From Nymphaea colorata (lineage: Eukaryota): a DNA stretch of 64,000 bases. Below are positions 11,887 through 24,274 of this stretch, one piece after another. The notes beneath the pieces are model-generated. The model was not told the origin of the DNA and did not search any database. It saw only the letters and a list, made by a program, of their open reading frames with translations. Made by a program: the position numbers and the translations under genes. The stretch spans positions 42,718,001 to 42,782,000 of the forward strand of contig NC_045138.2 of assembly GCF_008831285.2 (NCBI RefSeq), read 5' to 3'. The stretch's first letter is position 1. Each line of letters begins with the position of its first letter.

Positions 11887-12129
11887 TTTTATGAAATGTG
11901 TTACTTTTCACCATGTAATTGCTGCTTTAGGAGCTCATTTTGTTGGCAGTTTCTGAACACAATGCTGAGATTTTTAGATTTGGGTTACATGTTAGCACAA
12001 GTTCACATACTTCTTGTTGCTACAAAAATCCAAGATTAATTAATGTGCCGTAAGTTTGAAAATTTCATTTATTTGATATCTTTATGCATTTTTTATTATT
12101 TTTTCAATTTTATTGATCACTGATTGCAG

Positions 12130-12277
12130 GTTCTGACAACCTAATACCTATGGAAATAGCTCTAAAAATTTCAGAAAAATTATAGCTAAGGAGAGAATTT
12201 CTGCATATATTGTAATTCCAGTGTGGCTTGTGATTGTTCCAAATGGTATTTCGATCCAGAGAATCCTCTATTGGCAG
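12130..12277 (+). pseudogene. Isolated, frameshifted exon of a C2-type phospholipase D (PLD beta/gamma/delta-like)
   Basis: Flanked by TTGCAG and GTGAG splice sites. Translates (G)SDNLIPMEIALKISEK / IIAKERISAYIVIPVWLVIVPNGISIQRILYWQ with a 1-nt deletion. Matches the conserved plant PLD segment GANNLIPMEIALKIA.KI.A.ERF.AYIVIPMWPEG.P....QRILYWQ. Confidence 0.85.
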
Positions 12278-12650
12278 GTGAGCTAGTTAAGATAATTTTT
12301 TCAGATATCTTTCTGGCCACGGTTTTAAATATATGGAAAGTATTCTAGTATGACCATGTTTTCATATGCCAATCCTATGACACTTTTATTTTCAAAAGGA
12401 TATGTGTGCATCTTAGGACTGATATTTATTTCCCTTCTACTAGTATTACATTCTTTTCGTATATTGGGCCATTGTTGTTCAATTGAGGATCATAGTATTA
12501 CCTAATTAGCATCTTGTTACCTCTTCGAACATGATTAGTGAAAATCTGCATAGCTAGAATGTTCTTCCCCTCAAATATGGTTGCTGAAGAGTTACATTGT
12601 GAATGTAATTTTTATTATTTGCAAATAATTGGTCAAGTTAGTGGTTTATT

Positions 12651-12677
12651 TATATATCTCTCTCTCTCTCTCTGTAG

Positions 12678-12750
<73 letters not shown>
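12651..12750. repeat. Compound microsatellite (TC)n(TA)n(TG)n(GA)n
   Basis: Directly visible. Confidence 0.95.
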
Positions 12751-13614
12751 TTTCGACCCCTAATATGTGTACAGTTTCCATTAACTTTGCATTTTAGTTT
12801 AATTAACTGTTTCTCAACTACCAATCAGCTGAAATCAATTTCTAAAGGTACTTCCAAAATCCATTTTTGGTTATCCAAATAAAAACCAGGTTTTGACGAG
12901 TGAAAGCTTGGTTTTTATTGTGTTGCCCAAACACTTAAACCAACTTCTCAAAACTCATGAAAAAAAATGGCTTTCACAAAACTAGATCTTGACAAAAACC
13001 ATTTTTTGGAGGGATTCATCCAAACGCTACCTTAACGCTTTGACGTTGGTCCAAAGTTTGTTGTCTTTCACGATAATGGTTCCTTAAATAAATGCATTAC
13101 TCCCTGATTTAGATACTAAAAGTATATACGGTAACTAATTTAGACAGCTAAACATGTATTAATGTTATTGCGGACATTGTTACTACGGCATAAGCAAAAT
13201 ATATTTATGCCCGTCCTCCTTTTGCAAAGGATAGTATATATATTCTCTTCTCTAAAGCGATCTTCATTGCAAGTGTTTACTAGTATTGCTTTGCTGCAGA
13301 TTCCACTTAATCTTTATCTTATGAAAGTACAGCAGCACAACTCTCTTCTTGAAGCATTAGGACCCACTGGCGAATGAAGACAATTCCAGCCCATTCCTTG
13401 GCTCCACCCTCCATTTGCTCGTTGGGCACCTTGTATTCGATCCTCTCCCCAAGCTATTCGTTTTACCGTCCGTCTCTGGCGGCGTATCAGCGGCGGAAAA
13501 TGTGACGGGAAGCGATATGTGAACCTGAAACACTACTGAGCCTGTGAAATCTCGGACTGGATACACAATAAGGTATAAATCGCCATATTTAACGGGATTT
13601 ATGGAAACAACACA

Positions 13615-13616
<2 letters not shown>

Positions 13617-13683
<67 letters not shown>
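13617..13683. repeat. (TA)n microsatellite
   Basis: Directly visible. Confidence 0.95.
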
Positions 13684-13686
<3 letters not shown>

Positions 13687-14541
13687 GCTATGGAAACAAA
13701 GCGGAGTTCCACAAAAGTGAATCTTAACTTCAAAAGGCCATTGTCTACACATTTATAGCAATCAAATCATAAAAAAATCTTCACATCGTTTGATTCTTAT
13801 GTGGTACCAAACTAAGTAACATTCACTTTCCTATTGATGACGGTAAAGACGGCAGTTCGTTATAAATGCGCCTATCTTAGACGATGGAATATAATTGGTA
13901 ATACAGGGATATAGCGGATCACCAATGTTGGTTCACATATAGTTTGATGCTTGATAATCCAAGTGCAACCAAATTGGGCGAATTAACATTTGATCCACTT
14001 CAAGCATTTGTCCCAATCGATATCGTAAAAGTCCAACTTCACTTTTCAGCATTAAATGAACAAGTCCACGAAATCGCTAGTTATATATAACGGTTAAATA
14101 CGTTGCCGTTTCAGCCATCGTCACCAAAGAAATCGGCCGAAATCTTTTTACAATAGAATCCGAAAAAACTTTTCAAAAAATGCACGATGGGCAGAAGCTG
14201 TAGGTGCGGGGCAGGCTGCTTGTTTGTCTCAAAAGCGGCTGGAGTACCGCAGGTGGTGCGTGCTGAAACCAGCAGAACTCAAGCTCACAGAACTGACTAC
14301 AAGGCCGGCACCAGCCTAATGCTGTACGTCTTTCTCTGTTCCAAACAACACCAACCACCCATAAAGGATTCCACTTTTGAGATATTTGATTTTCTGTTAT
14401 TTTGGCCATAATTTTTTGTTTTTTTAAATAGTAGAGAAACCAGGAATGTCTGCACCGGCTTCTAACTTAGGCAAAATTTAAAAATGTAACGAATAATACG
14501 TGTTTACACATATCTATCATTTATTTTTGTTTTCTTTTAAA

Positions 14542-15008
14542 TACGAATGTCAACGGATCAGATTCTAATATGATGTATAGCTAACCATATCAGATGTTCA
14601 CCTATTGGAGTCGGATTCAAATCGAATACAAATAAAGAAAAGTCATATTCGAATCCAAAATCTGATTTCATCATCTGAATCTATTTTTACATTTATATCT
14701 GAATATGAATTTGAATTTTCAACTTAATTTTTACCTATTTTTAAAATATAAGAGCATTAGATATATGATATTTATTTAAGATTGACTCTATTCTAACTCT
14801 GAATCTAAAGCTCGTTGAATATTTATGTATATCTAAATTTGAATCCGGTAGGATATTTATGTATATGTAAATCCAAATTAGATCAGATGTCATTCCCTAA
14901 GTTTGCATCCGATCTAATTTCTTAATCATATATTATTTTTTAAGTTTTTTTTTTTTGGAATAAAATCAATTGAATATCGGACTTAAATCAAATATATTGA
15001 CATCCCTA
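14542..15008. mobile_element. Degenerate MITE, probably hAT-derived
   Basis: Termini TACGAATGTCAA and TTGACATCCCTA; internal ATCCGA/TCGGAT-like repeats; no clear TSD. Confidence 0.6.
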
Positions 15009-16157
15009 CTACTTTTAAGGGTACTTGTACTAAATTTCTTAAAACAAAAAAGTTACAACTGCTAGGTAATGTCTCAATGTCGTTGAGAAGGTCGTGCAGC
15101 TACATCGTCAATGACCTTCTCCTTTCTCTTTTTTTTTTTTTTCTTAGAATCAAATATTGGATTTTATAGGCTATAGAGTCCCCACCAGCCAAACCCCACC
15201 TTCCAAACAAATAAAAAAAATGCATGTAATTTTTAAAAATTTTCATTTGTCCAATATAAAATTTTTGAAAAATTATATTTCAACCTTTGTTAAAATTTTG
15301 AAACTATATTTCAGCTTCATGGAAATTCTTGGCTCCACCTTGACATAGGTGAATCTCTCTCTCTCTCTCCCTATATTCTCTCTCTCTCTCTCCCCCCTAT
15401 ATATATATATATATATAAAATTCTTTTTCCCGTTTTAGTGCAAGACATCATGAAAGACCTTCACAAGATTTAAATGCATAGACACGAAAGGCCTGTCTTA
15501 GACTCCTCCCGTAGTCATTGGGGCACACTCTTGAAGTACATAAAATTGAAATGAATTCCTGATGTGCCTATAAGTTAAGCTTGTGCAGCATATTATATTG
15601 CCATATAAACTGAACTCGCTTGTGGAAGCGAAGCCGGCTTCACTTGAGATGAGCTTGATGGTTATGTGGTGACTAATTTGCGGATGTTGGTGCGGCATAC
15701 AAAAGGAGGCGTTTGAGAAGAGGTACATGGATAATAATTCACAATTTTTACCTTTCATGAAAATAAGTCATAAAACATTATATTATTGTACGTATTGGTG
15801 GTTGGAAGAAATTTGTACATACCCCTGAGGCTGAGAGGCAACATCCAACATAGGGCGCCCCACCCCATTGCCGTGGGGGGAGCCAACCCTGGCCCACCTC
15901 GTCCCCCACTTCCTCTTATCAAAAGCTGAAAAGCCCCTCCATAAAATGGAGCCTTCCGCTAAGCATTTCCCGTCCTCCGCCCCGCCTCCCCTCCTGGTCC
16001 CCTCCCCACATCAGGACCACCATTATTAGCACCCGCGGCAGTAGAAGCAGCAGCGCCACCGCAACCATCGCCATCATCATCCCCCTTATTTTCCTTTTGC
16101 TTTTCTTTTCTATCCTCCTCACAGGACCATTTCTCTAGACTCGCAGGCCGGAGCGAG

Positions 16158-16484
16158 ATGACGACCCTTATGGCGTCCGTCAAGAGGGCCATCCGCCGTC
16201 GCTTCGGAAGGAGCGCACGGGTCGCCGACGAGAACACGCTGGTCTTGCCGGCGGAATTCGATGCCCAGCAGCAGATGAGAAACGGCGCTGGCGGGGGCGG
16301 GTTTTCCCTCCTCCAAGAGATCGCTGCCCTGCCGCTCGCGCTGCTGGCATGCGCCGCCTGCGTCCACCAGGGGGAAGAACACCCACCACTCGGGTGGCCG
16401 GATAACGGCGAGGCCGTCTCCAGGATTTCCGAGATCAACCATCTTATGGTGCGTGACAGCATGCGTTATGCCATTTTTGTGTGA
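16158..16484 (+). CDS. Single-exon 108-aa uncharacterised small plant protein with a C-terminal SE(I/M/V)NHLMV.DSMRYAI motif
   Basis: Intact GC-rich ORF, TATA-like CATAAAA at about 15940, pyrimidine-rich 5' UTR and AT-rich 3' region. Motifs RSARVADE and SEINHLMVRDSMRYAIFV resemble a conserved angiosperm family of unknown function (recalled, not searched). Confidence 0.8.
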   Translation: MTTLMASVKRAIRRRFGRSARVADENTLVLPAEFDAQQQMRNGAGGGGFSLLQEIAALPLALLACAACVHQGEEHPPLGWPDNGEAVSRISEINHLMVRDSMRYAIFV

Positions 16485-17906
16485 AATTTTCTTCCTTTTT
16501 TCACAATTTCATTGTAAAGTTCCCCATCAATAGAAAAGGCAAGAAAGCAAAAAGAGCAAAAAAATTGAAAGAAAAGAGGAGTGCGTAAATTGAATTTTTC
16601 GTTCTTTTCGCGGCGCCTTCTCGATTCTGTACATGTTTGTTCATAATGACGCCTTTATTTCTTTCATAATCGTTAAAATGGCATATCCCCAAATTGTTTT
16701 TCGAGCTGCTTTGCCCCCCTTTTATTCACGTAAGGTTACTTTTTCATATCTGGATTCATATGTTGCTATTTCCTGTTTGATTTTGTTTTATGGTTTGAGT
16801 TTATGTAGCAATTTAACCATCAAATCAACAATTCATTTCGGAATTTCAGTTAGTACTTTTCTTGTTCTCTGAAGTTTAAACGTCCTCTCGGAACCCTAGC
16901 GAAAGAAGGAGATGATGTTGAAATTCTCCAACAAAACGAGTTCATCGGCGAGCTTTTACTTTCACGAAAACTGTTTTCTACAGCTTGCTAACTTTTAATC
17001 ATCGCATTCAAGTGAAACTAAAAAGAAGAATGAAGGAAATGAGCGCGGTTCTCGGAAAGAAAAAATGATTTTTTTCAAGATGATTAAAATCAACAAAAAA
17101 TCCTGCCAAGAACGATGACCAGGAAGTTGCCCTAGTTCTTAATTTCAAAATCACACGTGTACTTGTCATTCAACTACTGCACACAATGATTTCTCAAATT
17201 TTCTTCTCAAAGTTTCTGCCTAGTTTCTCGATTTGTCCCACTTTATCTGGAGAAGCGGAAGACCACCAACGAATTCGATCTCTGCGCCGGAGCTTCCGAT
17301 GAGACCAGAAAAGGTTGCAAGAAAAACTTGTTAAAAGGAAGCAATCCATCCAAGTCTATTTTTGCTCTTTAAACATTTGCCCTAGCTGTTCGTACACTGG
17401 AGAAAAGGGGAAGAGTACTAAATTCCAATGTGGGAATGTTGGTGACTCATGTCATCATGGTCATGAGGATCGGCTCAGGATGATAGTGGCTTTGGGAGAT
17501 ATGACGCGGTAGGGCCAAGAACGAAGACTGTCTATCCACCCCAACCCCACAAATATCTTTTCTCAAACTTTCGATTAAAGGGTTAACTATTTCTCGCATT
17601 TCCAAGGAAATCAATATCTTCTCTTCCGCTTGTGCTAGTGGAGATACAAGAATTACGTTTGAAAAACTTCCTGAAATTTTTACGTGTCATAGCGTATTGA
17701 ATTATTACGTTATTCCGCTCCATCCTTCGGGAATCCGGTGTGTGCGTTTCAAAGAAAGCTGCTTGTTGCCAAATGCCCGCTCTCTGTTATATAGTTCCTA
17801 AGACGGCATTTCCTAAGGTGGCATTTAAGGTGTCAGCGTTAGTGTCCTGTGTAGTTGATATTATGGCTAAGATGATTTTAGAGTTTATTTTTGGTTTTCT
17901 TTTTTT

Positions 17907-18111
17907 TAGTGTGGAGTCAGAAATTTTTTTTATGAGGTGGGTTGAATTAAAGTTTTTAAATTTTAACTAAAGTCGAAATATTATTTTTCAAAATTTTTAT
18001 ATAGAACAAGTATAATTTTTAAAAAGTTACAGATATATATATTTTTTTTAACATATGGAGGTGGGGCTAGAATGCATGGGGACCCTACCCCCTACCTTGG
18101 CTCTGCCCCTG
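17907..18111. mobile_element. Short hAT-type MITE of the CAGGGGC(G/A)GAGC TIR family
   Basis: Ends GGCTCTGCCCCTG and starts with degenerate TAGTGTGGAGTCAGAAATT. Same terminal family as 22314-24274. Confidence 0.55.
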
Positions 18112-18177
18112 GTCTTTTTCCATTTAGATGAAGTTGCTTATATGTAGTAATGATTTTATATGATACTCTATACAGTT

Positions 18178-18662
18178 TAGGGCTGCACGCAAGCCCAGTT
18201 GAGTTTCATAGAACAAACTCGAGCTCTACTCAACCATATAGCGCGTCATGCTCGACCTCAATTTGCTTAACTCGTTTTTCTTAACATGTTTTGTTTCTTT
18301 TAACTTGTTAGCTTGTTTTTGTTAATTTAACTTGTCTCGTTTCTTTTTAAATTGTTAACTGTTTAACTTGTTTCATTTAATGAATTCAACTATGAGCGAC
18401 CACCTAATAGAAAATTCAAAGAAAGAATGCACATATTCTACATCCAAATATCCATTAAAGAAAAACTTGGCAACAAAAAAGCCTCTCGTTCATAACACAT
18501 TTATGTAGTCGAGCCAGGTAGAGTTTAAAGGAATCGAGTTTTTACAAGTCAAATTCGATTCGTTTAATATTTTGAACATAAATTTATACTCGAGCTTGAT
18601 TTGTTCTCAAAACAGGTTTTTATGAGCAAGTCGAGCTCGGTTCGACTCTTGGTGCAGCCATA
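18178..18662. mobile_element. MITE with TAGGGCTGCAC TIRs (hAT-like)
   Basis: TAGGGCTGCAC...GTGCAGCCATA; internal CTCGA/TCGAG repeats; related copy at 60704-61181. Confidence 0.65.
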
Positions 18663-19628
18663 TATTAAGGGAATAATTAGTACCAATTTTTTTTTTTTCT
18701 TTTAAATTTATAAACTTTACCGAGTGCAGAGGCAAAACCCACACGGGGATTCCCTCGACTTCAATAAAAACCGACTGCCTCCGCCGTAGTCGCCCTAGCT
18801 TTCATTCCAAACCCATCGGAGCCTCGAAACCTGTCAGCCCATCACATACACAGTTCATTCAAACACATGAATGTTGACAAATAACGTTGTGTGACCAAGA
18901 AGACGGAAATGTTATTTTCATATGAAATGCCACCAAGTGGAGGAAGATCCCAAATTAGTATTTATACTCGATATGTCAACTATTGTTTTTAGTTTTTATC
19001 ATCCTTTGCTTTATCTTTCATCAGATTGTGAATGTTTTTCTTTATTTCCAGAGGAAAGTTGTTTTGAAACGTTTCATGGGTATCATTATTTATTAATATT
19101 TAATTAAGTTCCCACTGCAAGCCATTCGGCGAGCAGCAACAACTGACTGGCTCATTGTGTCATGGAGACAAAGCACCAAGAATCCTTGTAATGTTGCAAT
19201 CTAGTGGGAGACATTTATTGTTCTACGGGTAGTGCCAACCATGGATAAGCACCTTCGAATTTCGATCATGCATATTACGCAAGTTTTAGTGTTCCTCCAA
19301 CACCCACCGAACAATAATTCTACGCTTTTAATGGATATATGTTGACCCTGCAAACAAGGGAAGTTTGTTTTGCAGTTTAATTCTCGGATGGGATTAATTT
19401 CCAACTTGGAACCAAAAACCTGTGGGGAATTAAGATGCTGGCCCACAAAGAAAGGCCACCACGGTTTGTCATGTGCGTCCGCCTGGAAGTCAAACGCATG
19501 GCTTTTGGAAGGCCTAAGACAATAGCGCCTTGCACTTGCACTACCCATGTTTGTGGGCCCACAAACAACGTGAAATTCATGACTACCTTAGATTTGGTAA
19601 AACTACAATGATATCCACATACTTATAT

Positions 19629-19895
19629 CAGAGTTAGCAAACTTATGACTCAGATTTGAATTGGTAGATGACTGAGTCATTGGCTCAGCCAGCTGACTTG
19701 TCGACTCCATTGATTATTCAAATAACCGTAATGTAAATCACTGCAGCAGAATCGGGCGAATTCGGACGAGTCAGAGCCGAGTCAGGAGCGAGTCCGGCCA
19801 AGTCAAGGACGAACCAGGATCAAATTTGACCCGTCGCAAGATTTGTTGGTGATCCGAACTGACTCGGGTGATTCCCAGCGACTTTGTCAACTATG
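19629..19895. mobile_element. Degenerate hAT-like MITE
   Basis: Termini CAGAGTTAGCAA and TTGTCAACTATG; GACTC/GAGTC repeats; imperfect 8-bp flanks ACTTATAT/CCTTATCT. Confidence 0.5.
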
Positions 19896-20187
19896 CCTTA
19901 TCTTGCAACACAACAAAATTTAGTGGATGGCTACATCTCACTTGCATTGCTACTTGGGTCAATCCAAGTGAAAATAAGATGGCTCCGTTTCGCTTGCGGT
20001 TGAATTATGGAAGAGATGGATATGTTTTCTTGTTTGACTTTCTTTGAGTTTTTGGCGTGCCAGGTTAGGGAGAACATGATCGATCGTCAGAAGGGTTTAG
20101 AAAGGCCCGATCCAAAAAAGGGTCCGAAAGGGCACAACTCTGGCCTTCGGGCATAAGCCTCGTTTATTAAAGACTATCATTATTGGG

Positions 20188-20535
20188 TAAGGCTAGGCGA
20201 CGAGTGGGGTCGGATACCTGATGGGTACTTGGTACTCAGCTCAATTCGGGGCCCAGGATTAGCTCGAAAAAATGCACCAGCCTGGGTGAGTCAGGCTAAG
20301 CCTGGTTCAGCTCGATATGATTTTTTTAATACATAATTTTATTGATTTTTATATATAATTATAATATTTTATTACAATTATTTTATATTAACAATATATA
20401 TATTAATTTAATCGAGTTGGACTCGGGCTAGGCTTAAGATCAGGTTTTAGGTGTCAGGCCGAACCCAAGCCCAAGTTTTAAGTGTTGGGCCGACTCCTTA
20501 TCTGACCAGAACGGGCCGGCCTGATGCCCAGACTT
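20188..20535. mobile_element. Degenerate MITE
   Basis: Termini TAAGGCTAGGC and GCCCAGACTTA; GC-rich subterminal repeats around an AT-rich core. Confidence 0.5.
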
Positions 20536-21744
20536 ATTAATATTGGGTGGTACCTAGTCACGCCTCTTGACAAACTATTTTGGATAACGCCAAATTACTC
20601 GGTGGGTACCATCAAGTCAATTACTTGAAATTGGCAGTCTATCATGCCTCACAATTAGCGTCTCCTCTTTCGGTTCCGTTATAAAATAAAAATTGTGCAC
20701 ATTGCTGGGTGTCCGCTCCCATGCATTCATTTATAAATCGATCAAATTGTACGGGGAGATATGTATAGACATTGGAATTTGACAACGGAAGTCGAAGCGT
20801 CTTCCGGAAGCCCAGCATTGAGGGCGTGGTCCTCACAGCATTTTCCTTCAACTCTTATGTCTAATAGCAGGAATCGTGCAACAGTCATTGACGGAGCTGC
20901 TTTTACAAAGCCGATTTATGAAAGCATTAATTGATTTATGTCCTCCAATACGAGTTTGAGTTGCGTGTGCCACTGATGCATGCAACAAACATAAGCCAAA
21001 AGAAAAAAGAAAATATTTTTGAAATTATTGAACAAGAAATGTCCTTGTGAGTCTTCTCACTTTTTTTTTTTGTCTTTACAAATAAGTTGTTTTTTTTTTT
21101 TATCAAAACAAGGGCATTTATATTGGACATAAAATTTTCGTGCACCAGTACGATATATATAACTAGGATGTATATAACTAGGTTTACTCCAATACCCTTC
21201 GTGCCAGTAAGCTGACATGGTCACGTACCTTGAACGTATAAACACTCTCACCAACTCTCACTGCCACCGGAAGTCCAATTTAAAATTCTGATTTAGTCCA
21301 AATCACATTGAACGGACTACAGAGCTTGCTGACCTCCCCCACCACTAGCTCCACCATTGAGAAATTGATTTTCTCAAATTTATATGATCTCCTACTAAAC
21401 TAGGAGAAACGAGTGCAAATGATGAAAACCAAGGCTGTGACAATTTTTGAAAACTCTCAAATTGATTTTGTTGCCTATAGGGGTCAAGGTCGTAGCTCAT
21501 ATCGAGAAGGTTGTGGTGGTCGTTTTTAGCTTCAGCATCAACCAAACTCTGGTGGACGTGGAGATTCAAATAATGGCAACAACCGACAAAATAATAGCTA
21601 AAAACAACTTGTTACTTGTCATTACTGTGGAAGAAAAGGTCATACCACCAGATCATGCTGGGATATACCCAAATCCTTTTCAGTTAACGAAACTGAAGAT
21701 ATTCGTACCCAGACACTCGAGCCACCAACCATATTACCATGGAT

Positions 21745-22015
21745 ATCTGTCACCAGGGTGCGGCAAAACCTGGTGCCGCACCTGCGTCAACGTGACGCGG
21801 GTGCGACCTAGATTCGCACCCAAACCGCACCCTATTCATTTAAGTTTTTTATTTAGTCTTTTTAATGAATTTGATGCTATTAATATATTATAATAATATA
21901 TTAATATATAATAATAAATATCATCGTCGCACCACCGCACCTAAATTTTTTGGGATGTGTTGCATACGCACCGGCACCGTCACCCCCACCCACAACCGAT
22001 GCACCGGTGACATAG
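21745..22015. mobile_element. 271-bp hAT-type MITE nested in the copia protease region
   Basis: Perfect 8-bp TSD CCATGGAT (21737-21744, 22016-22023); TIR ATCTGTCACC/GGTGACATAG; GCACC subterminal repeats. Confidence 0.9.
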
Positions 22016-22313
22016 CCATGGATGGATCTTAATTCTCCGACAAGCAACCATACCAAGGCAGGGAATGTATTTTGGTAATGGATCTCGAGTTTCCATTTCA
22101 CAAAGTTGGCAACTTAATTATTCCTACAAAGACATCAAATCTTAAATTAAGTTGAGTATTGCATGTCCCCAACATTATGAAAGATCTTTGATCCGTATGT
22201 CAATTTACTGTGGAAAATAACTGTTCATTTGAGTTCACACTTAGTCGAATTTTTTTTTAAGGTTCTTTGGGGCAAGAAAACTCAAGCCAGCTTGTATCAA
22301 GTTGAATCCCAAC

Positions 22314-24274
22314 CAGGGGTAGAGTCAGAATTTTTTGATGCCGAAGTGTTTTGATGCCTCTTTGTTACTTTCCCTCGTACAGAAAAAAGTGTTGGACTAC
22401 TAGTAATAGTAATAACATACTTCAGTAGATAATATACAGCCTGATTTAAAAGTTAAAAGCCGAAATATAACATAAAAGTCAAGAATCATAAGAATCAAGC
22501 TAACACCAACTCAATGCCTCATTTCTTATATAGGAGACACTTTAGAAAAATATTTTGTGTACATCAACAACACACCAATCTACATTATGTATGGTTGACC
22601 ATTATTCAAAGTCAGCTAACTTAGATATCTCATGTTTCTCACAAAAATGATTGCATTGATGGCATTTGGCATGGTATGTGTAAGCAACTTTGTACAGGTA
22701 AGCAATGGCATCTCCAAGGATCAAACCCATCACAAGTTGGAAAAACGATGCATTGCAAGGTTAGAACAAATGCTACTAGTGATGAAGATGGTGAACATGA
22801 ATAATAATTTGGTGTACAGTTCTTCAATAAGTTTTTGGATTGCTAATTACATAATTAAGCAGAATAAAAATTGAAACCAGGATCACATAAGCTGCTCTTA
22901 CGATGCTTCACAATAAAGCTTTCCAATTCACCAACTTTGAAGCTAATCAACAAAAAAGTTCATAAACATGAGAAACTGTAAAAAAAAAAACAATAGAGAG
23001 GAAAAATTTCATTAAGCAAGCATTCGTGCTTTGACAATCAATTTATTAGGAGCTATCCACATATGCACAACAAGCTAGGAATCATGTAATCAATGTCATA
23101 TACAACATGTTACATTACTGATGCTGCAAACATCCAATATTTTTTGCTGATCAACCAATATAAGAATCATTATATAAGCAATTTTGACGCTGCATTTTAA
23201 ACTAGAGATACATTAAAAGATTCTGAAAAAAGTGTCACAATCATCACTAAAGCTGCTTCTACTATCTACCCCCAACAAAACGGACTGCTTTTGAAGTACT
23301 AAAACAACATTGAGGAAGCATTCTACGTAAATGGTGTTCGTTTTAATAATGCAACATAGATATTGGTGATTCTTTAGATTCTTTATATAATTATCTTTTC
23401 AACTAACAACACTGACACATGAGGGGAGTTAATCTAACAGCGATAGCTGTGTTTTCATCTAACAACAATAACAATATGTTTTTCAACTTAATAAAAAAAT
23501 AATACTAGACGGTGAAAGAAAAACACAACAAAAGAGAAGAAGAATAGCACACAAAAGAAGGAAAATGTTTTTACACAGAAATTGAGCAAATCCTTAAATG
23601 CTATACACTACACAACCAATCCCTAAATGGCACAGCAATTGAGTGAAACCTAACTGCTACAGCAAATTCCTAATTGAACAATTAAATTCAACACCTAAAT
23701 CAAAAGAAGAAAAAAAAAACAAAAAGACAATCAAAGAAGAGAGACTTACCATTGGTGGTTCAGTCATTGGTGGAGCAGTAGGGGGCTTCCACCACCTCCA
23801 CAGCAGCATCACACTTCCGCCACCCACTGGCAGTCAGTATAATCTACAAAAATCACAGCCGCAGGTCTGAGGGAGGGAGAAAATAGAGGGGCAAGAATGA
23901 AGAAACTGAAAATGAAAAAGAGATGAACGAGAGGGAGAAACTTAGAAGATAGAAAAGCTCATCCACCTTCAGCGCGCCTGAGGACTAAGGAGGTGGTTGC
24001 CCAACAAGAGGTGATTGGAGCCGGTGGTCCGATAGAGGTCCAAACAATCGAGCCGGCAAGGAAGTGAGCGTTTTCATTTTTTTCCAAAAATTGTTCTTCA
24101 CTGTTTTAGTTTAGAAGAGGAAGACTCAAAGAGGCATCGTGCCATCATGGGTCGTGCGGCAGCAGCCTGGGTTCCATGGGGCAACCCCATACAACTGCAC
24201 CTAGATCCAACCTAAGTCCATCCATTGAAGACTAGAGCTCCATGAGGCACACGCCCCAGGTAGCTCTGCCCCTG
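22314..24274. mobile_element. ~1.96-kb non-autonomous hAT element nested in the copia element
   Basis: Perfect 8-bp TSD ATCCCAAC (22306-22313, 24275-24282); TIR CAGGGGTAGAG/CTCTGCCCCTG; copia coding sequence resumes after it; weak minus-strand transposase-like trace FCEKHEI at about 22625-22650. Confidence 0.9.

Noticed and set aside
15919..16462. Minus-strand ORFs of 67-167 aa
   Set aside because: Antisense shadows of the GC-rich plus-strand gene at 16158-16484.
17430..17455. miR166*-like GGAATGTTGG
   Set aside because: No mature miR166 sequence or hairpin partner nearby.
18686..18860. Possible SINE (poly-A tail and B-box-like GGTTTCGAGGC on the minus strand); similar hint at ~41560-41640
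   Set aside because: No convincing A box plus TSD, and no second copy in the window.
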